From positions 192,001-256,000 of the forward strand of contig CBDCQT010000005.1 of the NCBI GenBank assembly GCA_965220745.1: DNA of 64,000 nucleotides, given 5' to 3'. The notes beneath the pieces were generated by a model, which saw only the letters and a program-made list of their open reading frames with translations, did no database searches and was not told where the DNA came from. The DNA is from Alphaproteobacteria bacterium (GTDB lineage: Bacteria > Pseudomonadota > Alphaproteobacteria > UBA828). Of the stretch, positions 25,201 to 34,284 are shown piece after piece. Position numbers and translations under genes: made by a program. Position 1 is the first letter of the stretch, and every line of letters starts with the position of its first letter.

Positions 25201-28200
25201 ACGAGTCCGCGAGCGGGGAGGTCGCCTTCGATACGGAGGTCTTCCCCTCCGATCCCGCGTGGCTCAGCGACCATCGCGTCTTCGGCCGGTTGATCGCGCC
25301 GGGCGCGCTCTACGGCGCCTTGGCAGCGTCGGCCACCCTCGCCGAGGGCAGCGACGCGGTGATCGTCGAAGACTTCCAGATGCAGAGCGCGCTGGTCTTC
25401 CCCGACCAGGACGCCGAGGACGGTACCGCTGAGGCGGGCCGGCGCGTGCAGGTGCTATTCGACGACGCCGAGGACGAGGCGGCTCGCCGGGTCCGCATCC
25501 TCAGCCGGGGCGACGCTGAGGACGGGTGGACGCAGCACGCGGAGGGTCGTATTTCGGCAAGCTCAGCTGGGCAGTCGCAAGCAGCCCCGCCGCTCGATAT
25601 CGAGGGGCTGAAGGCCGCCCTCACGCCGGTGGACCTCGCGGCCTACTACCGCGCCAAGGCCGCGGTCGGGATCGATCTCGGCCCCTCCTTCCGCACGGTG
25701 GAGGGGCTATGGGCGCGGCCGGGTGAGGCCGTCGCCGAGGTGGCGCTTCCGGCCGGTGTGGAGCGAAACCCGTTCGACGTGCACCCGCTCGTGCTCGACG
25801 GTTGCTTCCAGGTCTTCGGCGCGGCGCGCAGCCCCGACGGTGCTGAAGAAGGGATCACATATCTGCCCTTCGCGTGGGAGCGGCTGTGGCTCAGGGACCG
25901 GCTGCCGGACCGACTGATCTGCCACGTTTCCATGAGGGAAGGCCGGCTTGACGAAGAGGCGGACGCTGAGAGCGGCGGAGTGCCGGAGGTTCATGCCGCC
26001 GACCTCCGCCTCTACGACCAAGACGGGGCGCTCATCGGGGAGTTGGCCGGCTTCACCGTGAAGCGGGCAACGCGGGCGGCGCTGCTCGAAGGCGTGGAAG
26101 GGATCGACGAGCTTCTCTACGAAGTCGTATGGCGCGACTGCGCCTTGCCGCCGGGCATACTGCCGGCAGACTTCCTGCCGACTCCGTCGGCCGCGGTGTC
26201 CCGCTCGCAGCCCTTCTCCCGATATCTGACCGATGAGGGAGTCAAGGTCGCCGACGAGACCGACCTCCAAGGGGAAATGGGGCGGGCGTCGTGGTGCTAC
26301 GCGCTCTCGGCCCTGGAAACGCTCGGTTGGGAGCGTAGCGCAAGCGCGGTCGTAAACCCGGAAGAATTGCGCGAGCGCCTCGACGTTCTGCCCGAACACG
26401 CGCATCTGCTCCGCCGGATGCTCGAGATTCTGGCTCGTTCGGGCGTGTTGCAGGCGAAGGACGAGGACTTCGTCGTAACGGTCGGAGCCGACGATCCGCT
26501 GCCGGACGAAATGCCGCGCGATTCCGAGGCGTTTCTGGCCGAGGTGACGGCACGCTTCCCGCACGCGGCGAACGAGATCGGGCTGTTTGGGCGTTGCGCC
26601 GGTGCCCTGCCCGAGGTGCTGCGCGGCAAGGAGGATCCGCTGTCGCTGCTGTTCGGCGATGCGGAGCCGACGGCCGGCGATTTGTATCGATTGGCGCCGG
26701 TCTGGCGGGCAGCGAACCGCATGATCGGCGAGGTGGTTCGCACGCTCGTGGACAACGTGCCGGACGGGCGGCGTCTGCGCGTGCTGGAGGTGGGCGCCGG
26801 CATCGGCTCGGCGACCGAAACCATCCTGCCCGAGCTTCCGGCCGGACGGTTCGACCTCATGTATACCGACATCTCCGCGGGCTTCTTTGCGGAGGCGGAG
26901 TCGCGCTTCGGCGGCGCCGAAGCGTCGATCGACTACCGTGTGCTGGATATCGAGAAGGACCCGGTGGAGCAGGGCTTCGAGCCCCACGCATACGACATGG
27001 TCATCGCGGCCAACGTGCTGCACGCCACGAGCCATCTGGACGAGACGCTTGCCCACTGCCGGGCGCTCCTGGCGCCGTCGGGGCTGCTGGTGGCGCTGGA
27101 GAACCAGCGCGGCCGGGGCTGGATGGACCTGATCTTCGGCCAGCTGGACGGATGGTGGCGCTTCGCGGATCGCTACCGCCCGAACCACGCCCTCGCCGGG
27201 CCCGACGTGTGGCGTCAGGCGCTGGCCGATGCGGGGTTCACGGAATCCGAAGTTCTCGGCGTGGACCGATCGGAGGCGGCTGGCCTGCCGGATCGAGGGG
27301 TGATCGTGGCGCAGGGTCCGGCAGAGATCGAATTGCCGGAGGGCGCCTGGATTCTGGCAGCCGATCGGGGCGGCGTGGCGGCGTCACTGGCGGCGCAACT
27401 CGCCGCACAGAACCAGCAGGTGGTGCTGGCCGGCGACGATCCGGAACGCATGGGCGCGGCGGCGGAGCGCGACGCCGGGATCGTCGCAGTATCAGTCGAG
27501 ATGGAGCGCCGCGAGTCCTGGCGATCGCTCGTCGAGGGCCTGCCCCCGGACGTGCCTTTGGCCGGGGCGGTGCACCTCGTCGCGCAGGACGGCCACGGGG
27601 TGGACGCGACGACCGCAGACCTGGCGGCGGATGCGAAACGGGCGACTGCGAGCGCGCTGGCGCTCGTGCAGGGCATCGCGGATGCGGACGCCGTGCCCGA
27701 GAAGGGCCTCTGGTTCGTCACCCGGGGTGCGCAGGTGCTGGAGCGGGAGCGGATCGGGCAGTTGGCCGGCGCCGCCCTTTGGGGTCTAGGCAAGGTGGTG
27801 GTGCGGGAGGCGCCCCAGATGCAATCCCGGATGCTTGATCTCGACCCCGAGGCAGCGGAGCCGCAGGCCGTCCTCGCGGATGAGTTGCTGTTCCCGGATT
27901 TGGAGAACCACATCGCGCACCGCCAGGGGCGCCGCCAGGTGGCCCGGCTGGTGCGGACGGGTTCGGGCGCGGGGCGTCTTGCCCTGCCGGAGGAGGCAGA
28001 CTGGGTGCTGGCACCGGACGAGGGAGGGGCGATCGAGACACTGCGGGTGCAGCCGCTGGCGGCGCGTGCCCTGGAGCCGAAGGAGGTGCGCGTCGCGGTC
28101 GAAGCCTGTGGGCTCAACTTCCTTGATGTGTTCCGAGCCATGGGTCTGGTCGAGGAGGGGCTGCTCGGCGAGGAATTCTGTGGCCGGATTGTCGAAACCG

Positions 28201-31200
28201 GTTCAGACGTAATCTCGGTCACGGTGGGTGACCGCGTGGCCGGCTTCGCGTTCGGCACCTTCGGGCCGGAGGTGGTGACGCGGGAGGAACTGGTCGCGCT
28301 CGCGCCGCCGGACGTGTCGGCGACGGCGCTCGCGACGATCCCCTCGGTGTTCGTGACATGCGTGCTCTCGTACGAGCTTGCCGGACTCAAGGCCGGGGAC
28401 TGCGTGTTGATTCACGCCGGCGCGGGCGGAGTCGGCCTTGCGGCCATCCAGCTCGCCCAGGCGGCAGGGGCGGAAGTGTTCGCCACGGCGAGCACGCGCA
28501 AGCAAGCCTACCTCCGCTCGCTCGGCGTCGAGCATGTGTTCGACAGCCGCTTAACCGCGTTCGGTGAGGAAATCCTCGCGGCCACAGGCGGCGCCGGGGT
28601 CGACGTGGTGCTGAACAGCCTGACCGGCGAGGGCTTTATCGAGGCGAGCCTCGCCTGCCTCGCGCAGGGCGGCCGCTTCGTGGAACTCGCCAGGCGGGAT
28701 ATCATGAGCGAAGACGAGATGGCGGCACTGCGGCCGGATGTCGCCTATTCGATCCTCGATCTCTACACCCTGAAACAGCAGGATCCCGCGCGCCCCGGTG
28801 CGGCCCTGAAAGAGGTGCTGGCGCGCATCGCAACGGGCGAGCTTGCGCCGCTCAGGCACACCAGATGGCCGCTAGCCGAGACGAGCGCCGCGATGGGCTA
28901 CATGCGCGCGGCGCGGCATATCGGCAAGATCGTGCTGACGACGTCTCCCCTCGGGGCGGGCCCGCTGCGGCAGGACCGGACCTACCTGGTGACCGGCGGC
29001 CTCGGGGGCATCGGCTGTGCGCTTGCCGAGTGGCTGGCCGAGCGCGGCGCGGGCACGGTCGTGCTGAACGGCCGACGGGCACCGGACGCGGCTGCCGAAG
29101 AGGCGATCGAGGCGCTGCGCGACCGCGGGTTCAGCGTGGAGGTCGAGCTTGCGGACGTGACGGATCCGGCCGCGCTGGATGCCATGCTCGCGCGGATGGA
29201 TCGGGAGCTTCCGCCGCTCGCCGGGGTGATCCACAGCGTCGGCGTGCTGGCCGACGCCGCGCTCGGAAACCAGAGCTGGGAGAGCTTCGAGACCGTGCTG
29301 TGGCCGAAGATGCTGGGCGCATGGCACCTCCACCGCGCGACCGCCGATCGCGACCTCGACCTCTTCGTCATCTTCTCGAGCGTGGCCGGCATCCTGGGCA
29401 ATCCGGGCCAGGCCAATCACGCGGCGGCCAATGCGTTCCTCGATCAGCTCGCCGCCCACCGACGCGCCCTGGGGCTACCAGGGCAGGCCATCGCCTGGGG
29501 TGCGTGGTCGGGGCTCGGCGAGGCGGAGGAGCAGCGCGAGCGGATCGCACAGCGGCGGGAGGCATCGGGAACGGGCTGGTTCACGCCGGAGCAGGGCTTC
29601 AAGGCGCTCGACCGTCTGCTGCGGCAGGACGCCGCTGCCGCTGCCGTGCTGACGGCGGACTGGGCAGCATTCGGCGAGGCCCTAGAGAGCCGCCCACCCC
29701 TTTTCGAGGACCTGCTCACTGACGCGTCCGCGGACGACGAAGCCGCGGCCTTGTCGGAAGACCTGCTTGCACAGCTCGCCGCGACGCCCGCGGTGGGGCG
29801 CGAGGAGCTTCTGGTGTCCTTCCTGCAGCAGGAGGTGCAGGCGGTGCTGCGGCTGCCGTCGGCGCCGGCGCCGACGGTCGGCTTCTTCGACCTCGGCATG
29901 GATTCGCTGATGGCGGTCGAGCTGCGGAACCGCCTGAACCGGGCGTTCTCCGGCGCTTACGTGGCGCCTAACACGCTGGTGTTCGATTATCCGAACATTT
30001 CCGTTCTCGCTGGTCATCTGGTGGGGGAGCTTGGCGACGAGATCGCGGCCCCAGCCCCCGAGGCGACGACCGAACCGAGCCGGCAGGCGCCAGTGCAGCG
30101 CGAGGACGACGGCATCGCCATCGTGGGGATGGCCTGCCGCTTCCCCGGTGCGGCGGACTTGGGGTCCTTTTGGCGTCAACTCGAAGCGGGTCAGGACGCG
30201 GTGACGGACGGGCGTCAGGATGGCGGGACCTGGACCGGGGTTGCCGGAGACCCGGCAGCCGGCGACAGTCCCTGGAGGCAAGGCGGCTTCGTCGACGGGA
30301 TCGACCGCTTCGATGCGCGCTTCTTCGGCATGACGCCCATCGGCGCACGCATGATGGACCCGCAGCAGCGGCTGCTCCTGGAGACAACCTGGCAGGCGCT
30401 CGAAGATGCGGGGATCGATCCGGACGGTCTGCGAGGCAGCCGCACCGGGGTCTACGCTGGGGTCTCCACCAGCGAGTACCGCGACCTGATGATGTTGGCC
30501 GGCAACGAGAACCTCAGCTATCTCGGTACCGCGAGCAGCACCGCAGTCGGTGGCGTCGCGTTCAAGCTGGGTCTCACGGGGCCGACCAATCCGGTGATGC
30601 TCAACTGCGCGGCGTCGCTGGTCACGGTGCAGCAGGCGGTCGCGGGCCTGCGGCAGGGCGAGGTTGACATGGCGCTGGTGGGCGGCGTGAGCGCCGTGCT
30701 TTCGCCCGGGCTGACCGTCGAGATGGCAGCGTTGGGAATGCTGTCACAGCGCGGCCGCTGCAGCACCTTCGATGCCGCGGCGGATGGCTTCGTGCGGAGC
30801 GAGGGCTGCGGCATGGTCGTCCTGAAGCGGCTCGCCGAAGCGGAGGCCGACGGCGACCGAATTTGGGCGGTGATCCGCGGGGCAGCGGTCAACCAGAACG
30901 GGGCGAGCGCGGGACCGACAGTGCCGAACGGGCCGGCGCAGGAGCGGGTGATCGAGGAAGCGCTCTCGCAGGCGGGGGTCTTGCCGTCGGACGTTGACTA
31001 TCTGGAGGCGCACGGGGCGGGTTCGGCGCTGGGCGATCCTATCGAGGTGAACGCGGCGGCGGCGGTCTATGGTCGGGAGCGGAGCCCTGACCGTCCGCTG
31101 CTCATCGGCTCGGTCAAGACCAACATCGGCCATCTGGAATCGGCGGCGGGCGTTGCCGGCCTGATCAAGGTCGTGCTGGCGATGCGGCACGGCACAATCC

Positions 31201-32651
31201 CGAAGAACCTGCATTTTCGGGACCCCAATCCGCACCTGGAGTGGGACCGGCTGCCGCTACAGGTGGTGTCGGAGACGACGGACTGGCCGCACGCGCCAGA
31301 CCGGCAGCCGAGGGCAGGCGTCAGCGCATTCGGTATTTCGGGCGTGAACGCCCACGTCGTGGTGGAGGGCTACAGGCCGACGAATGGCGCATCGGACGGG
31401 AACGATGGCAATGATTCCCATGCGGGCGCCCCGCAGCGCGTCGCGGCGACATTGCCGGAGCCAGCCGCGAGTCTACCACCGTCCGAGGAAGCCTTCTCCG
31501 CGCGAAACACGCGGTTGCTGCCGCTCTCGGCCAAGTCTGGTGAGGCGCTCCGGGCGCTGGCGGGGCGCTATCTCGCGTGGTTTGACTCGCAGGCCGACGC
31601 GTTGGCGGCAGATGGCGCCGCATCTGACACCCTGCTCTCGGACATGGCCTGGACGGCCGCCGTCGGCCGCAGCCACTTCGGCCATCGGGCGGGCGTGGTG
31701 TTCCAGGACGCGGAATCGCTGCGACAGAGCCTCACCGCGCAGGCGAATGCCGACGAGGGGCTTGGTCCGAAGACGGCGGCGAAGGTGGCATTCGCCTACA
31801 CCGGCGAGACCGACCAGTGGGTCAGTATGGGGGGCGCGCTCTACGCGCGCGAGCCCGTGGTGCGCGCCGTGCTCAACCGTTGCGATGCGGTGCTCGGGGA
31901 GGATCGGGGGGCGTCGCTGCTCGATGCGATGTTCGGCGGTCCCGGCGCCGAGGGGGGCCTGAGCGATCCAGAGTGGGCGCGGCCCGCAACCTACGCTCTC
32001 GCGTGCGCGCTCACCGCACTATGGGCGAGCGTCGGCATCCGGCCAAGCGTGGTGGCCGGACAGGGCGCAGGCGAGATTGCGGCGGCACAGGCCGCCGGCG
32101 TGTTCAGTCTGGAGGACGGGTTGCGACTGGCAGCGACCGGGAGCGAAACCGAGGCGGCGCTGGACGGCGTCGCGTTCGCCTCGCCGACGGTCGGCCTTGT
32201 GAGCGGCCTCACCGGCCGCGTGATGGATCCGGATCAAGCTCTGGATAGGTTGTACTGGCACCGCCAGGCGGCGGGCGCTCCAATCGCAATCGACGGCTGC
32301 GCCGAGACCCTGGCCGCCCTGGGCGTCGACGTCGTCATCGAGATCGGACGGGCCTCTGTGCTGGCGCCGCTGTTGGCAGAGGCTTGGCCGAAGACAGAGG
32401 AAAACGCAGCGGCGCCAATGCTGTTGTCGAGCCAGCGAGAGTCGTCGGGTAGCGAAGAGGCGGCGGCAGGGCATGCCGACAGTACCTTCGTGGAGGCGGT
32501 CGCCCGGGCCTACGAGGCGGGGCTCGGCGTGTCCTTCGCGGGGCTCTTCGCGGGTGAGACACGGCGACGCGTCTCCCTTCCAGGCTATCCGTTCCAGCGC
32601 CGGCGCTTCTGGCTATCGAAGCCTGGGGTAAACCTAGCCGCGTCGGATTGA
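22284..32651 (+). CDS. supA: Highly reducing type I PKS, KS-AT-DH-cMT-ER-KR-ACP-KS-AT(inactive); SupA-type
   Basis: KS1 DTACSSS/HGTGT/KTNIGHLE; AT GHSLG; DH HPLLG and DHRVFGRLIAPG; cMT LEVGAGIG/ANVLHAT; ER LIHAGAGGVG; KR VTGGLGGIG; ACP GMDSL; KS2 LNCAAS/HGAGS; AT2 GQGAG. Domain order matches the SupA architecture as I recall it; the symbol is less certain than the PKS call. Confidence 0.9.
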   Translation: MAERDRACGRASDAPDLNDERAPEVSGSNEPIAIVGMACRFPGANGISAFWRLLEEGGNAVQEGVPGSGIGRVGALFPDDTGQIQACRFGAYLEELEQFDAAFFRISPVEAQLLDPQQRLILETSWRALEDAGIDPEGLKDSRTGVYAGISNNDYRGLILEASEGAGAAEPAASLYAVTGTSLNTAIGRVAFALGLGGPAMAVDTACSSSLVATHQAVSGLQRGDADLALAGGVNIILSGRLLEFRANAGMLSPDGQCKTFDASANGYVRGEGCGILVLKRLADAEAAGDRIWGVIRSTALNQDGASQGLTVPNGAAQERVIRAALEQAGVRPSDIDYLEAHGTGTEVGDPIEINATAAVYERGRDAGRPLLIGSVKTNIGHLESAAGVAGLIKTVLAMNRRLIPKHLHFRNPNPEMDWEQLPLQVTSAPTSWPAHADRAPLAGVSGFGWSGTNAHVVLEGYASPGGAASGLDGDDWIASAPRPIAVSLPASVVPSQSKDGLALRGTRLLPLSGKSAAALRDMAGRYLAWLDEDADVALLADMAWTAATGRSHFGHRAGVVFRDVESLREGLRAIVETDERPASRKAAKVAFAYTGQASQWPGMGEALYASEPVVRAVLDRCDQVLAEDRGGASLLDVMFGRPGAAGELDDPHWKQPAIYALECALAALWESIGIRPDVVLGHSLGEIAAAHTAGVFSLEEGLRFAAARGSLIGALPGEGAMAAVFASPSRVADAVGELNAASGGPGLSVAADNGAHQVVSGPKADVEALLARFEAEEVRVARLRRSPAYHSAMIEPALGDLEAEISTIAFAPPSLTFVSNLTGRALDAGEAPDAAYWRRQAREPVAFRACIETLAELGVDAVIEIGPHAVLGPMTTMAWPEATGAAPAILSSLQRPSKDEKPPAPGSGGGFVEAVAGAYEAGLPLRFEGLFAGESRSKIALPGYPFQRERYWVEAPKRRRQASDHPLLGSRHESASGEVAFDTEVFPSDPAWLSDHRVFGRLIAPGALYGALAASATLAEGSDAVIVEDFQMQSALVFPDQDAEDGTAEAGRRVQVLFDDAEDEAARRVRILSRGDAEDGWTQHAEGRISASSAGQSQAAPPLDIEGLKAALTPVDLAAYYRAKAAVGIDLGPSFRTVEGLWARPGEAVAEVALPAGVERNPFDVHPLVLDGCFQVFGAARSPDGAEEGITYLPFAWERLWLRDRLPDRLICHVSMREGRLDEEADAESGGVPEVHAADLRLYDQDGALIGELAGFTVKRATRAALLEGVEGIDELLYEVVWRDCALPPGILPADFLPTPSAAVSRSQPFSRYLTDEGVKVADETDLQGEMGRASWCYALSALETLGWERSASAVVNPEELRERLDVLPEHAHLLRRMLEILARSGVLQAKDEDFVVTVGADDPLPDEMPRDSEAFLAEVTARFPHAANEIGLFGRCAGALPEVLRGKEDPLSLLFGDAEPTAGDLYRLAPVWRAANRMIGEVVRTLVDNVPDGRRLRVLEVGAGIGSATETILPELPAGRFDLMYTDISAGFFAEAESRFGGAEASIDYRVLDIEKDPVEQGFEPHAYDMVIAANVLHATSHLDETLAHCRALLAPSGLLVALENQRGRGWMDLIFGQLDGWWRFADRYRPNHALAGPDVWRQALADAGFTESEVLGVDRSEAAGLPDRGVIVAQGPAEIELPEGAWILAADRGGVAASLAAQLAAQNQQVVLAGDDPERMGAAAERDAGIVAVSVEMERRESWRSLVEGLPPDVPLAGAVHLVAQDGHGVDATTADLAADAKRATASALALVQGIADADAVPEKGLWFVTRGAQVLERERIGQLAGAALWGLGKVVVREAPQMQSRMLDLDPEAAEPQAVLADELLFPDLENHIAHRQGRRQVARLVRTGSGAGRLALPEEADWVLAPDEGGAIETLRVQPLAARALEPKEVRVAVEACGLNFLDVFRAMGLVEEGLLGEEFCGRIVETGSDVISVTVGDRVAGFAFGTFGPEVVTREELVALAPPDVSATALATIPSVFVTCVLSYELAGLKAGDCVLIHAGAGGVGLAAIQLAQAAGAEVFATASTRKQAYLRSLGVEHVFDSRLTAFGEEILAATGGAGVDVVLNSLTGEGFIEASLACLAQGGRFVELARRDIMSEDEMAALRPDVAYSILDLYTLKQQDPARPGAALKEVLARIATGELAPLRHTRWPLAETSAAMGYMRAARHIGKIVLTTSPLGAGPLRQDRTYLVTGGLGGIGCALAEWLAERGAGTVVLNGRRAPDAAAEEAIEALRDRGFSVEVELADVTDPAALDAMLARMDRELPPLAGVIHSVGVLADAALGNQSWESFETVLWPKMLGAWHLHRATADRDLDLFVIFSSVAGILGNPGQANHAAANAFLDQLAAHRRALGLPGQAIAWGAWSGLGEAEEQRERIAQRREASGTGWFTPEQGFKALDRLLRQDAAAAAVLTADWAAFGEALESRPPLFEDLLTDASADDEAAALSEDLLAQLAATPAVGREELLVSFLQQEVQAVLRLPSAPAPTVGFFDLGMDSLMAVELRNRLNRAFSGAYVAPNTLVFDYPNISVLAGHLVGELGDEIAAPAPEATTEPSRQAPVQREDDGIAIVGMACRFPGAADLGSFWRQLEAGQDAVTDGRQDGGTWTGVAGDPAAGDSPWRQGGFVDGIDRFDARFFGMTPIGARMMDPQQRLLLETTWQALEDAGIDPDGLRGSRTGVYAGVSTSEYRDLMMLAGNENLSYLGTASSTAVGGVAFKLGLTGPTNPVMLNCAASLVTVQQAVAGLRQGEVDMALVGGVSAVLSPGLTVEMAALGMLSQRGRCSTFDAAADGFVRSEGCGMVVLKRLAEAEADGDRIWAVIRGAAVNQNGASAGPTVPNGPAQERVIEEALSQAGVLPSDVDYLEAHGAGSALGDPIEVNAAAAVYGRERSPDRPLLIGSVKTNIGHLESAAGVAGLIKVVLAMRHGTIPKNLHFRDPNPHLEWDRLPLQVVSETTDWPHAPDRQPRAGVSAFGISGVNAHVVVEGYRPTNGASDGNDGNDSHAGAPQRVAATLPEPAASLPPSEEAFSARNTRLLPLSAKSGEALRALAGRYLAWFDSQADALAADGAASDTLLSDMAWTAAVGRSHFGHRAGVVFQDAESLRQSLTAQANADEGLGPKTAAKVAFAYTGETDQWVSMGGALYAREPVVRAVLNRCDAVLGEDRGASLLDAMFGGPGAEGGLSDPEWARPATYALACALTALWASVGIRPSVVAGQGAGEIAAAQAAGVFSLEDGLRLAATGSETEAALDGVAFASPTVGLVSGLTGRVMDPDQALDRLYWHRQAAGAPIAIDGCAETLAALGVDVVIEIGRASVLAPLLAEAWPKTEENAAAPMLLSSQRESSGSEEAAAGHADSTFVEAVARAYEAGLGVSFAGLFAGETRRRVSLPGYPFQRRRFWLSKPGVNLAASD

Positions 32652-32693
32652 GCGCGCCGTCGAGCGTCGGCAGGGGTGCCGGTCACACGTGCG

Positions 32694-33593
32694 CTACGAG
32701 AGGCCGTGCCGCTCCAGGAACTCGCGGGTCACCGCAACGCACTCCGCGGGCTTCTCCAGTTGCAGGAAGTGCGTCGCCTCGGGGATGAAATCGTAGTCCA
32801 TGGCCGAGACGATTCGCTGGTCGAGCGTCGGCAGATACGCATGCGGCAGGGTGGGGTCGGCGCCGATAATCTTCGTTGGGCAGTCGAGCAGGTCGAGGTC
32901 CAGCAGCGGGAAGAAGCTCCGGGCGTAATCCATCATCTGCGCTTCGTATTCGCGGGGGCAGCGAAGCTCATAGCCCTCACCGCTCGCGGACCCTCGGAGC
33001 GTCGTCCGGGCCATGAGCTCGTGTACGCCGGGAGCGGCCCGCTTGAAGGTCGGAAAGATTCCCAGAATCTCGATAAAGTCTTCCCGTCTCTTGAAGTGCT
33101 GTCCCCGCCGCCGAATCAGGGCTGCCCCGCGCTCGGCAGCGTCGTGAAGCTCCGTCTGACTCGCGCCGGGCCTGGTCAGGGGCGGATCGAACAGGACCAA
33201 CGCCGAATAGAGTTTGCTGAACGAGAGCAGCGTCACGACCGTGGTGAGCGAGTGAAAGATGCCAACGGTCGGCTTGCTTCCATGGGTACGATCGATGGTC
33301 TCGAGAATGATGTCGTGATCGCGAATCATGGTCGGAACATTGTGATCCGTCTGGGCGCCGACGCTGTTCCAACCGTGGTTCCTGAGGTCGTAGACCATCA
33401 GGTCGAAGTCGTCCGCGAGCAGAGACCAGAACGGATAGTAGAGATCGGCGGCGAGACCGCTGCCGTGGCTCAGGACGATTCTGAGGCCCGACGGATTGCC
33501 GTGCCGCCGCACCGTGGTGGTGGTATCGGCGTCAAGGCGGACATCCAGCGTTGAAAGGGGCTGGGGTATCTCCCAAACCGCTTCTGTCGTCAT
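32694..33593 (-). CDS. Alpha/beta-hydrolase (putative thioesterase/acyltransferase of the PKS cluster)
   Basis: LSHGSG, YDLRNHGW, nucleophile-like FHSL, THFLQLE; converges on the PKS. Confidence 0.82.
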   Translation of the reverse strand: MTTEAVWEIPQPLSTLDVRLDADTTTTVRRHGNPSGLRIVLSHGSGLAADLYYPFWSLLADDFDLMVYDLRNHGWNSVGAQTDHNVPTMIRDHDIILETIDRTHGSKPTVGIFHSLTTVVTLLSFSKLYSALVLFDPPLTRPGASQTELHDAAERGAALIRRRGQHFKRREDFIEILGIFPTFKRAAPGVHELMARTTLRGSASGEGYELRCPREYEAQMMDYARSFFPLLDLDLLDCPTKIIGADPTLPHAYLPTLDQRIVSAMDYDFIPEATHFLQLEKPAECVAVTREFLERHGLS

Positions 33594-33735
33594 GGCAGAG
33601 GGCCGGGTTTCCTCCCGACGCCGGGCTTTGAACGGAGACGCAACATGGGCCGAATTTAGCTACGGCCAGTGCCGGAATTGCCGGCGCCCCCGCGTTTGGA
33701 GGCGGCCGGCCGTGCTCACTTGGCGCCGGAAAGCA

Positions 33736-33966
33736 TCACCCGGCGCGGGCATCGATATACGTCACAAGCTCCCGTAACGTATTGAACTGCAAGCAGTCCT
33801 CCGCAACCATGTTCAGGCTGAACTCTTGATTGACCGCCTTGTAAAACGCGACCGCATCCACCGAAGAGACCCCGGCGTCACTGAACGGCCGATCGAAATC
33901 TGGATCGTGATCCAGGTCGAAGCTGTCGTTGATGATTGTCCGCAGGCGGGTTTCCGTTGACGACAT
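33736..33966 (-). CDS. Free-standing acyl carrier protein
   Basis: 76 aa, acidic; FSDAGVSSVDAVAF (variant of GxDSL) and TLRELVTYID. GGGAGA RBS favours ATG 33966. Confidence 0.78.
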   Translation of the reverse strand: MSSTETRLRTIINDSFDLDHDPDFDRPFSDAGVSSVDAVAFYKAVNQEFSLNMVAEDCLQFNTLRELVTYIDARAG

Positions 33967-34284
33967 GCGCATAGTCTCCCTGTCTTTAAGAGCTGAAAGT
34001 GAGACCCCACACGGGGCTCAAGAGTGTACAGGTGCGATTGCATCGACACCATCGCCGAAACGGAAGGCGCCGCGCAACAACTGCACCTTATTAGGCGTCG
34101 ATTATGCCGATTCGGTCAAGCCTTGCCGCAACGTTTGTCTTCGAGGAACCACGCTGCAACTTCACGGCGGGATACTTGGAACTGATGGGGCGCCTTGCGG
34201 AGCGCGAGGGGGAGGCCGATGAAGACCGTCATGGGCGAGAAGTAGTGGGCGGAAAAAACTCGACATAGGTACGCACCCACTGCG

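Noticed and set aside
23406-27188. 622-aa and 493-aa minus-strand ORFs within the PKS
   Set aside because: Shadow frames of a GC-rich gene.
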